DNA of 64,000 nucleotides from a virus (Duplodnaviria; Caudoviricetes): IMG/VR virus record IMGVR_UViG_2541048004_000003, positions 1 to 64,000 of that record; one strand, 5' to 3'. Shown piece by piece: positions 57,401 to 64,000 of this stretch (position 1 is its first letter; each line of letters starts with the position of its first letter). The notes under the pieces were generated by a model. It saw only the letters and a program-made list of their open reading frames with translations, ran no database searches and was not told where the DNA came from. The position numbers and the translations under genes were made by a program.

Positions 57401-57836
57401 AGCGGTCTTGCAGCTCGCCCAATTTCTGCATGGCGGCTGCATATTCCTTCGTACCCTCCGTCATGCCTGCCATCAACTGCTTCTGCTTGGCTATCTGCGT
57501 GCGTAGCGTCTCCTCCTTGTTCGCCGTGGCCGCAAACTGCTTCTCCAATTCAGCTAATGCCCCTTTTTCTTCCAGCAGCACTTTCTTGGCAGCCCCAAGT
57601 TCGGCAGTCAGTTCCGTCTTCTTCGCGCCGGGCATCGCTTTTTTCAACTGCGTCTCCAACGATTTGATGTCGGATTCCACCTGCTTTACTGCGGCGGATT
57701 GCTCCTTCATCCGAGCCTTGAAATCGGCCGTCGCCTGCTCTACGGTGGAAGCGGTTTGTTTTGCCCCTCTTTGGACGGACTGCCATGCCTCACGTGTCTT
57801 GTCACGCATCAATATGTCGAACTCTACAGACTTCAT
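54432..57836 (-). CDS. Tail tape measure protein
   Basis: 1134-aa helical protein after the chaperones; shares the QxVMAIxxGxQxVAxTLNKDSxF segment with the prophage 1 TMP. Confidence 0.9.
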   Translation of the reverse strand: MKSVEFDILMRDKTREAWQSVQRGAKQTASTVEQATADFKARMKEQSAAVKQVESDIKSLETQLKKAMPGAKKTELTAELGAAKKVLLEEKGALAELEKQFAATANKEETLRTQIAKQKQLMAGMTEGTKEYAAAMQKLGELQDRYGDINTQARIHSDDNKNIKGTMDAISGLTGAMTAGVGVASLFGAEQEKLSQIQTKLQAVMAITIGIQQVANTLNKDSFFTHTLLAKGKNLLTAANTRLAVSLGISNVAAKALMATLTLGLSAVIGGLIILWDRYSERTKKAQHSLTVEIEHTQSAMQQISNDVDFDTRIAEAAGKSKKELIELRKEVAKTALALADANYDKVLEQHSQGKATKEQLEKARENSLSAWDNYNKTMQDAIVADYEERTERKKKKDTADQTIDAISDAEVKARRKIEAMRIELMRDGAQKEKAEARKRLDDELTRIDAEERERIAALVKAKKNGIPVTKEQADTVTEQAKAQREGATNIYIKEFSEIEKKYTRQEKELWDEANAVFRSALENRLADIDRHYDEQIKKAEGNQALIDALNTSREKEKDTEKNIAKLEILDNAEQVELQRQAIVMQGLALDELAEVQRNNIIIRYARERIKILKTLGGERNKQEAAQLENMTKGLEKQNARRSLAGLFNEKTFKAVQGHFQKIYKDSDKAKEKTVSLFESIQKGGRLGAEGIGMLKSVFGGLDEDMDKALEAAGNIASGFAQGGIVGGALAAAGELVNFIAGGLQANKRHKEALKKIVEEQKAYLHEYRMLLLEEQLAYKSGTNIFGTDNIGRALNAIDTYKKSVVELKRELKGDAPAVSINRLVVAPFSYAKELKAYKDGIGALSKIEVKTGHKKTGLLGWGRGRDIYTSVLDMPEYKELIGKDGKLNVNMAKAILSTRQLKDESKKLLETLIDLQEQTDKAYKELEESLRQTFGPLGDSLTNSIVNAFNNGLDAAQEFKKGVTDVLADLAKQMVYSLFLKDKFDRLQENIKKIYTTEGLSEKEIARRTTDLIGGFFRGLGSQIDAANKFQEEFWRNAERNGFNRPSDATQQQARAGTYTAISQEQGTKLEGLFTSAQDHLSSIDRKMNDFDAAMGRALEVLGTIAANTAYCKLLEDVVEYFDKIERNGIKMA

Positions 57837-57839
57837 CGG

Positions 57840-58082
57840 TTATTCATTGTTTCTTTTCATTTGTGCCCGAAACTGTGCGGCGGTATCGCTCGCACACCTG
57901 GCGTCTCGGCCGGGTACTCCGACCCTCTTTTTATTTCTGCCGCTCTTCACCCACCGTGGAGCGTCTGACAGCATCAGCAGCAAAGTGGGATAAGGCAGTT
58001 TCCATAAGATGTAATGCACGCTCCATCCTGTGGCGGCGGCAATCTGCCAGATAAATCCAAACGGGCTATGGCTGCCCTCCAT
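57840..58082 (-). CDS. Tail assembly chaperone T segment
   Basis: SPFGFIWQIAAATGWSVHYILW..LLMLSDAP parallels the T segment of prophage 1; -1 frame relative to G. Confidence 0.65.
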   Translation of the reverse strand: MEGSHSPFGFIWQIAAATGWSVHYILWKLPYPTLLLMLSDAPRWVKSGRNKKRVGVPGRDARCASDTAAQFRAQMKRNNE

Positions 58083-58090
58083 GTGACCGC

Positions 58091-58564
58091 TTAACTCCCG
58101 TTTGCCTCGTGGCTCAGCCTCGGCTTCATCAGATTCACCGTCTCCACCGAACTGATAGTAATTTGAAAAGGGCGTGTGTCGATGCTCTCAATCAGCAGCA
58201 GCATCACGTCACCCAGCACAGAAGGATGCACCCGCCACAACAACCACCACGCCACCAATCCGCTGAAGAGGCGGTGAGAGACGAAGCCCCGGCAAAGGGC
58301 ACAGGCCACGATGCGGGCCATGTCGTGCCCGTGTGCGGCTATCAGCTTCGCCCAATCGTCCGTGTCGTACTCCTTCATTTCGGCGACCGTCACCCCTATG
58401 CGGTTGTAATAGCGTGTCATGGCTATCAGCGTGCCCGCATAGGGGCGGCGCAGCGTCACCTTGCCCGGTTTCTTTTTCCGCCCCAGCCACCGGAGTGGGC
58501 GTACCGGAATCCGTACGCCCAAATCCAGCAGCAACTCGCAGGAACGCAGTTCTTCTCCACTCAT
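58091..58564 (-). CDS. Tail assembly chaperone (gpG-like)
   Basis: Between the tail tube and T segment; LRRPYAGTL..ARIVACAL resembles EEPTLGTL..AKVIALAV of 15259-15831. Confidence 0.75.
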   Translation of the reverse strand: MSGEELRSCELLLDLGVRIPVRPLRWLGRKKKPGKVTLRRPYAGTLIAMTRYYNRIGVTVAEMKEYDTDDWAKLIAAHGHDMARIVACALCRGFVSHRLFSGLVAWWLLWRVHPSVLGDVMLLLIESIDTRPFQITISSVETVNLMKPRLSHEANGS

Positions 58565-58567
58565 ATC

Positions 58568-59296
58568 TTACTTCTCCTGCGTCAGATTGACGGTCACCTT
58601 CTTGGATGAATCAGACACCAGTGTCAGTATCAATGTGCCCGTCTTGGGACTTGACGTCCCGTTATTGGCAGCCGTGATGACTAAGCAGTTGCCATCCTGC
58701 GCCACGGTGAAGTCGGTGTGCGAGCCCGACAATGTGAGAGGGCCTGAAGCCGATACGCGAAGCACCTTCGTGCCTCCCGCCTTGGGAAAATTCACCGTTT
58801 CCGCATCCACCATCACTCCCGGTGTGGTAGGCTCGATGGAGTAAGGAGATGAACCGTCGGCCGGGGAAAGCATCTCGGCTTCGCAGTCCATATACAGATT
58901 CCCCGAATTGCCCAGTTTGCCACGGATAAATCCGCTCAAAGCCACCTTCTTGACACGGATGGTCTGTCCCGTACCCGTCTTGATGACAAGAACACCTTCT
59001 TTTGTTTCCATCTTCTCCGGCGCGTCCCATTTCTCGCCCGTCACCTTGCCACCCGCGATATCGGCCATGTGTTGTGCTACGAGCTGAATCATCTGAAACG
59101 TCAGTGTCGTGGTTCCGGGATTCGATACTACTTTCTTCACCGGGCCGGTGCGCACCTGTGCGGCAAAAAGTTTGTTGTAAGTAGGCTTGTCGCCCCCGAA
59201 TTCAATACCTTCCTCGGAGATGTTTCCAAGCACCTTGCCGCCGAAGCTCACTTCGTCCAGCAGCATCATGTATCCGTCATTGATTCCATTTTCCAT
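58568..59296 (-). CDS. Major tail protein with C-terminal BACON/Ig-like domain
   Basis: Tube-like N-terminus; C-terminal VNFPKAGGTKVLRVSA..TGTLILT..VTVNLTQ. Confidence 0.75.
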   Translation of the reverse strand: MENGINDGYMMLLDEVSFGGKVLGNISEEGIEFGGDKPTYNKLFAAQVRTGPVKKVVSNPGTTTLTFQMIQLVAQHMADIAGGKVTGEKWDAPEKMETKEGVLVIKTGTGQTIRVKKVALSGFIRGKLGNSGNLYMDCEAEMLSPADGSSPYSIEPTTPGVMVDAETVNFPKAGGTKVLRVSASGPLTLSGSHTDFTVAQDGNCLVITAANNGTSSPKTGTLILTLVSDSSKKVTVNLTQEK

Positions 59297-59314
59297 AATT
59301 CTTTTATTTTTCTT

Positions 59315-59851
59315 TTAACAAATCTTTAAACGCCGTTTAATCAACGTTAGAGCAAGGAAAAAAACGGCTATCCTCCCTGTCCATATCTGGAACCACTGCC
59401 ACCCGGTAGGTTCTCTTATCACCTTTGGCGGCAGTTCTTTATCCTGCTTCGCGGTCTCGTTGCGGATGCGGGTCAACTCCTCGTTCAGTATCATCACTTC
59501 CCGGGCAAGGCTGTCGCAGGTGGCTGTCACTTCCAGACTGTTCTCCGATATACGTGTCACGTTCACCGTAGCCCGCCCGCAGCGCTTACTGAATCCCGTC
59601 CCCACCGGTATCGCTTTCAGCAAGTCCGTCGGAAAAGTCGTCTTCGCCATACTCGGCGGTACCGGTTCTTGCAGGCGCACGAATCGTTTTGCGCTTTGCA
59701 GACTGTCTGCGCTGCGTTCGTTCCGTGCCAATCGCCCCGGACTTCTGCAGCTCGTTGCGAATAGGGCAATCAGCATAATACTTGCAAGTGGAAGCCCTCT
59801 GAATGGTGCTGTTAAGCTCACGCACCGCCTTGTATAGTTTAATATTCTCAT
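59315..59851 (-). CDS. Putative unimolecular spanin
   Basis: LIALFATSC lipobox and C-terminal TM WQWFQIWTGRIAVFFLALTLI; start may be the Met at 59776. Confidence 0.6.
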   Translation of the reverse strand: MRILNYTRRCVSLTAPFRGLPLASIMLIALFATSCRSPGRLARNERSADSLQSAKRFVRLQEPVPPSMAKTTFPTDLLKAIPVGTGFSKRCGRATVNVTRISENSLEVTATCDSLAREVMILNEELTRIRNETAKQDKELPPKVIREPTGWQWFQIWTGRIAVFFLALTLIKRRLKIC

Positions 59852-60029
59852 TCTGCAGATCGATTATAGTGTCCGACAAATTGTCATACATCTCTTTGTA
59901 AGTGTCGTTGCGCTCTTTGGCAGCGAGCACTTTCCGATTCTCCCTGTGTCTGAGCCATACCCACAACGAACCGATAAAGCCGCTGGGCAAGAGCCACTGG
60001 AGAATCTGCGTTATCAGTTCCGTTGTCAT
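59586..60029 (-). CDS. Holin-like membrane protein with coiled coil
   Basis: Single N-terminal TM followed by basic RHRENRK; between endolysin and spanin. Confidence 0.55.
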   Translation of the reverse strand: MTTELITQILQWLLPSGFIGSLWVWLRHRENRKVLAAKERNDTYKEMYDNLSDTIIDLQNENIKLYKAVRELNSTIQRASTCKYYADCPIRNELQKSGAIGTERTQRRQSAKRKTIRAPARTGTAEYGEDDFSDGLAESDTGGDGIQ

Positions 60030-60031
60030 GG

Positions 60032-60436
60032 CTAACCGTTAATCACTAAATCCCATCCCGCCTCTACGTCCGCCATCACTGCCGGCACGCCGTTCTCAAC
60101 CCTACTCATCGCCGCTGCCAGACTGCACATCGTTCGGCGGTTGTCCACATCGATGCGACGGTCGGCATCCAGCCCGGTGAGCTTGCACACGGTGGATATA
60201 TAGCCTTTCGTGTCGTTCTCCGAGGGCGGTGCCCACCGGCTGATGATGGTACGTACCGTGTGGCATCCATACACCAATGAGTAGTTCCGAAGCAGCTTCA
60301 GGGCCGCCCGATAGCCGTAGGCCGGAGAACGGAACTGGCAGAAGGCTTTGTCCTGCGAGGGGCGAACCTCCCCCTGCCACGGCGTGCGTGACAGGCGGAT
60401 GTTCAGGGGATTATTATTCTTCAATCCTCGACTCAT
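60032..60436 (-). CDS. Endolysin-like (lysozyme-fold, P5-like) protein
   Basis: RGLKNNNPLNIR, YGYRA, IISRWAPPSENDT, RVENG motifs. Confidence 0.8.
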   Translation of the reverse strand: MSRGLKNNNPLNIRLSRTPWQGEVRPSQDKAFCQFRSPAYGYRAALKLLRNYSLVYGCHTVRTIISRWAPPSENDTKGYISTVCKLTGLDADRRIDVDNRRTMCSLAAAMSRVENGVPAVMADVEAGWDLVING

Positions 60437-60438
60437 TG

Positions 60439-61632
60439 CTACTTACCGTTGGCTTGGAACAATTCGATGACTGCTTTCTTGGACGCGCTACCACCGAGTG
60501 TCAGCGTCAGCGTACCCGTCTTGTCTGCTTCCGTGCCGTTGGCCTCCGTCGTTACGCGGACACCGAACTCGGTCTTCTCAGCCTTAAACCCGGAAGGAGC
60601 CTCGCCGATGGTATAATCACCTGTTGCAGTCACAACCCCTATCTGTGTGCCGCCTTCGGCAGGGAATACCAGTTCCTGCGGCTCTACCGTAATGGATGGC
60701 TCGGCTGCCGCACCGCGCTTGTCCAGCACCACGCACTCCTCGCCGAATGCCACGTTGGTGTCGGCCTTCATCAACATCTTGAAAAAGTAACGCTCGCCGG
60801 CGTTGGTCAGCTTGTCGATCTGGATCACGTCCATGTCATCTTGCAAGTTCACTGCGCCCCAAAGGTTGGTATCGTAGTCCTGTCCGCAGATGGTGGCCAC
60901 GATCAGATCACTCGGCCAGTTGGCCAACGGCTCGATGCGGATGCCTTTGAAGCGCTCCACGTTCATGTCCGTATAGTTGGCTCCCTTGTTGGGCTGTGCC
61001 GTCAGCTCATCGTCGTACCTGTCGAAGTCCGCAACGGACATTAGGATACGCAATCCGGGGTTGCTGCGCATGGTCACGGGGATCTTATCCTTCAAGTCCT
61101 TCAGGCGGCCGATCATGGTCGACTGGGAAGAGGTGACGGTGATGCGCTCATTGTTGCTCATGATCCGGGTAACAATACCGTTAAACAGTTTGTCATCTCC
61201 CGTTTCGGCGTACACGCCGTTGATGAAGTGCCCGCCCAACTCGAACTTGACGCACTTGGCCAGTTCGTTCAACAGGGCGTTCTGCGCCTCGGCGGGAAGC
61301 TCGGCGAACACGAGGTTGCCCTTGGGCTGCCACTTGCGCCAGATTTTCTCGAAGCTCCGGGGGTTGAACGTGGTGAAAGCCATGAAGTCCTTTGGTTCCA
61401 GCGTCACTTCACTGTAATCGAAGTTACCCTTGCCGTCCTCGTCGGTGGGCATCTCCTTGCGTTTCTGAAGCATCTTGCCACCCTTCAGGCGGGGAATGCT
61501 GAACTTGTCGTTCACACCCGGCTCGATGTGAATAAGACCTTTTTCTACCAGTTCGTTACCGGTGGCGGCCAGTGTCAGGAGCTTCTCCAGTACCTCGCCG
61601 CTGTAATTGGTGTTTTTGATAATTATTGCCAT
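60439..61632 (-). CDS. Major capsid protein with C-terminal BACON/Ig-like domain
   Basis: Follows the protease; NTNYSGEVLE N-terminus; about 85-aa C-terminal EPSITVEPQELVFPAEGGTQ..KTGTLTLT. Confidence 0.85.
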   Translation of the reverse strand: MAIIIKNTNYSGEVLEKLLTLAATGNELVEKGLIHIEPGVNDKFSIPRLKGGKMLQKRKEMPTDEDGKGNFDYSEVTLEPKDFMAFTTFNPRSFEKIWRKWQPKGNLVFAELPAEAQNALLNELAKCVKFELGGHFINGVYAETGDDKLFNGIVTRIMSNNERITVTSSQSTMIGRLKDLKDKIPVTMRSNPGLRILMSVADFDRYDDELTAQPNKGANYTDMNVERFKGIRIEPLANWPSDLIVATICGQDYDTNLWGAVNLQDDMDVIQIDKLTNAGERYFFKMLMKADTNVAFGEECVVLDKRGAAAEPSITVEPQELVFPAEGGTQIGVVTATGDYTIGEAPSGFKAEKTEFGVRVTTEANGTEADKTGTLTLTLGGSASKKAVIELFQANGK

Positions 61633-61638
61633 AACTCT

Positions 61639-62679
61639 TTATTTGTTTTTGTTTCGGTTCCTGATTTCTTCCATCCGGGCATCCCATGCGCTCCGGCCGC
61701 TTCCCTGAGGAGGTGTCTGCAAGCTGTTCTCCACGAATTTCTTCGGCTTCAACGCTTTCAATGCGGCTTCGCCGTTCACGCGGTCAGCCTTCAGCAAGGC
61801 CTTGTAGGTGGCGCGCATTGCTGAGGTAAGGCGCCCGTCTTCCTCGGCATCGTCCAGCATCTGTTCCATTTCCGCCTCCCGGGCTTCCGCTTCCTTGCGG
61901 GCATACTCTTCGTTCTCGGTTTTCAGCCGGTCACGCTCCTCGGTCAGCGAGGATACTTTCTCGGCTTCCTGCTCCAGATGCTCGATGTGCCGGAGCGCAT
62001 CTTCGTCGGTCGCGCAATCCTTGAACGACGGACGTTTTCTCAATTCTTCCAAATTCATATCTGTGTGGTTTTGTGGCTTGTTCAGCCGGTTATTGAATAT
62101 CCTGTAGATTTGCTCGGGCGTGCTGTCGGCAGGCACGGGGTCGGCATCGTAGATTTCGTCTATAAGTCCCAGCGTCAATGCCTCCTCGGCTGTGAACCAA
62201 TGGTCCGTGCCGTCGAACCACTCCGACCGTATGGTTTCCCTTTCCTTGCCGCAACGCCCGGCGTAGATGTCGCACAGCGTCTCCTCGAGACTCTCGAGCA
62301 TCGACATGACCGATGCCATTTCGCGGGCGTTGCCATACGAGCCACCCGAAGGGGCATGTATCATCAGCCGGGCATAACGGCTCATCTTGACCGGTTTTCC
62401 GCATGCGGCAATCACGCTTCCCATGGAGGCGGCTACACCGTCAATATAAATGGTGATGTCCGCCGCGCTCTGCCGGAACGCATTGAAAATAGCAAGACCG
62501 GTGAACACGTCACCGCCCACGCTGTTGATGCGCACGTCTATCTTTCGGCCGCCGGACTCGGCCTCAATCAGTTCGCGGGCTATGTCACCGCTGTTCACCC
62601 GGTCATATTCGCCTATCTCTCCGTACAGCAGAATGCAGGCGGATTCCTTGCCCGGTATCATGTTGAAATATCTGCCCAT
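61639..62679 (-). CDS. ClpP-type head maturation protease with scaffold tail
   Basis: INSVGGDV, AASMG (Ser), MIHAP (His), WFTAEEALTLGLID; coiled-coil C-terminus. Confidence 0.92.
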   Translation of the reverse strand: MGRYFNMIPGKESACILLYGEIGEYDRVNSGDIARELIEAESGGRKIDVRINSVGGDVFTGLAIFNAFRQSAADITIYIDGVAASMGSVIAACGKPVKMSRYARLMIHAPSGGSYGNAREMASVMSMLESLEETLCDIYAGRCGKERETIRSEWFDGTDHWFTAEEALTLGLIDEIYDADPVPADSTPEQIYRIFNNRLNKPQNHTDMNLEELRKRPSFKDCATDEDALRHIEHLEQEAEKVSSLTEERDRLKTENEEYARKEAEAREAEMEQMLDDAEEDGRLTSAMRATYKALLKADRVNGEAALKALKPKKFVENSLQTPPQGSGRSAWDARMEEIRNRNKNK

Positions 62680-62698
62680 GTCTCTTTCGTTTTTTGGG

Positions 62699-62706
62699 CA
62701 AAATTA
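62699..62706 (-). promoter_or_regulatory. -7 element TAATTTTG for the head/tail operon of prophage 2
   Basis: TAnnTTTG 20 nt upstream of the protease ATG in the divergent intergenic region. Confidence 0.55.
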
Positions 62707-62849
62707 GGGTATGTCACGTAGCGTGTCAAGACGTATATTACATGATAAAACTTTATAAATCAATCATGTATGATTGTACTTCCATGCTGCGTTAAGGGTG
62801 TTGACTTTCATCCGATATAACACCAATTTTGCATGAAAAAAGAGACGTT

Positions 62850-63293
62850 ATGGCAGAATTGACGACACAGCAGAAAAAAGAATACGCGGGGATGCTCTAC
62901 CTGAAAGAGAACCTGACAATGCAAGAGATTGCCGAGAAGGTGAACGTGACCCGGCAGACCGTTTCCCGGTGGATTAAAGCCGAGAAATGGGAGGAGCGGA
63001 AAGTGGGCATCACCCTGACCCGTGAGGAGCAGATTGCAAACTTGCACCGGCAGGTGGCGGAGATAAACAAGGTGATCGGAGAAAGGGAAGCCGGCAAGCG
63101 GTTTGCCAGCCCAGCCGAAGCCGATACGCTCGGCAAGTTGGCGGCCGCCATCAAGAAGTTGGAGAACGACGTAGGGCTGTCCGACATCATCAGCGTGGGC
63201 ATGCGCTTCATCGACTGGCTGCGACCCGTAGACCTCGAACGAGCTAAGGAGTTCACCGCATTGTGGGATGCTTTTATAAAGGACAGCCTATGA
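62850..63293 (+). CDS. DUF1804/Mu gp27-like terminase small subunit
   Basis: HTH MQEIAEKVNVTRQTVSRW..W; ADTLGKLAAAIKKLE; likely start MAELTT. Confidence 0.8.
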   Translation: MAELTTQQKKEYAGMLYLKENLTMQEIAEKVNVTRQTVSRWIKAEKWEERKVGITLTREEQIANLHRQVAEINKVIGEREAGKRFASPAEADTLGKLAAAIKKLENDVGLSDIISVGMRFIDWLRPVDLERAKEFTALWDAFIKDSL

Positions 63294-64000
63294 AAGCGAT
63301 AGACAAAGAACATCTGGCCAAGTGGGAGGTGTTCCGGGAGGACATCTTCCGCGACACGCCCGTGGAGGTTAGCCTGAGCCGGGGCGAGATGGAGAAGCAC
63401 AAGGCGTACCTGGAGAAGCACCCTTTGGAATGGATCAAGTTCTTCTTCCCGAAGGCGGCGAAGTGTGAGTTCGCCGATTTCCAGAAGAAAGCGATTGCAC
63501 GCTGCACAGAGAATGACGAGTGGTACGAGGTGCTTTCGTGGGCGCGGAGCCTCGCCAAGAGTACCATCGTGATGTTCGTCGTGCTCTATCTCGTCTTTAC
63601 CGGCCGGAAGCTCAACATCATCATGGCGAGCGCCACGCAGGATGCCGCCATCCGCCTGCTGAAACCCTACAAGACACACCTGGAGAAAAACGGGCGGCTG
63701 CGCGCCTATTACGGCAACCAGGTGCAGGCAGGCTCGTGGAAAGACTCCGAGTTCGTCCTGAAGATGGGCGTGTCGTTCCTCGCCGTGGGAGCGGGAAACG
63801 CACCGCGCGGCGCGCGTAACGAGGAGGTGCGCCCGGATACGCTGCTGGTGGATGACTTCGACACCGATGAGGGATGCCGCAACCCGGACACCGTGGAAAA
63901 GAACTGGCGGTGGTGGGAAGATGCGCTCTACTTTACACGGGACCCGGCACGTCCCACACTTGTGGTGTTCTGCGGAAACATCATCGCCAAGGATTGCTGC
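63290..64000 (+). CDS. terL: Terminase large subunit, Mu gp28-like (partial, runs off the window)
   Basis: ATGA-coupled ORF absent from the ORF track: MKAIDKEH..WARSLAKST..RGARNEEVRPDTLLVDDFD..GNII. Confidence 0.88.
   Translation, partial: MKAIDKEHLAKWEVFREDIFRDTPVEVSLSRGEMEKHKAYLEKHPLEWIKFFFPKAAKCEFADFQKKAIARCTENDEWYEVLSWARSLAKSTIVMFVVLYLVFTGRKLNIIMASATQDAAIRLLKPYKTHLEKNGRLRAYYGNQVQAGSWKDSEFVLKMGVSFLAVGAGNAPRGARNEEVRPDTLLVDDFDTDEGCRNPDTVEKNWRWWEDALYFTRDPARPTLVVFCGNIIAKDCC

Larger units (their letters stand above)
46964..64000. mobile_element. Prophage 2 (partial): probably Mu-like transposable Bacteroidota siphovirus
   Basis: Higher GC; ClpP-type protease-capsid-lysis-tail operon divergent from DUF1804/Mu gp27-like TerS and Mu gp28-like TerL; repeated end motifs; left boundary approximate. 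Confidence 0.8.

Noticed and set aside
60277-63679. Long opposite-strand ORFs (60277-61044, 61228-61824, 61978-62721, 62897-63679)
   Set aside because: Shadows of well-supported capsid, protease and terminase genes in GC-rich DNA.
47095-64000. A third VR in prophage 2 served in trans by the DGR
   Set aside because: I found no copy of the GGTTCTCGGCTT IMH core or other TR sequence in this part of the window by eye.

Overview
Bacteroidota-type DNA (TTTG-N19-TAnnTTTG promoters) made almost entirely of two adjacent prophages. (1) An apparently complete ~46.4 kb temperate siphovirus integrated at the 3' end of tRNA-Ser(TGA), bounded by a 13-bp direct repeat CCTGTCTCTCCGC (265-277, 46662-46674). 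It carries lysis, tail, head, packaging, DNA-modification, replication/recombination, immunity and integrase modules. Its two most unusual parts are a diversity-generating retroelement (RT, TR, local target, no visible Avd) with a second, remote variable repeat 34 kb away inside an early, non-structural gene, and a MuF/gp7 minor head protein fused to an R-S-E ADP-ribosyltransferase that is faced by a counter-oriented three-gene operon with its own promoter encoding an ADP-ribosylglycohydrolase. (2) After attR there is a short remnant of a probable second integrative element, then a more GC-rich, probably Mu-like (transposable) prophage whose tail, lysis, head and terminase genes run off the right edge. 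All alignments and coordinates were read by eye; family assignments come from recognised motifs, not database searches.
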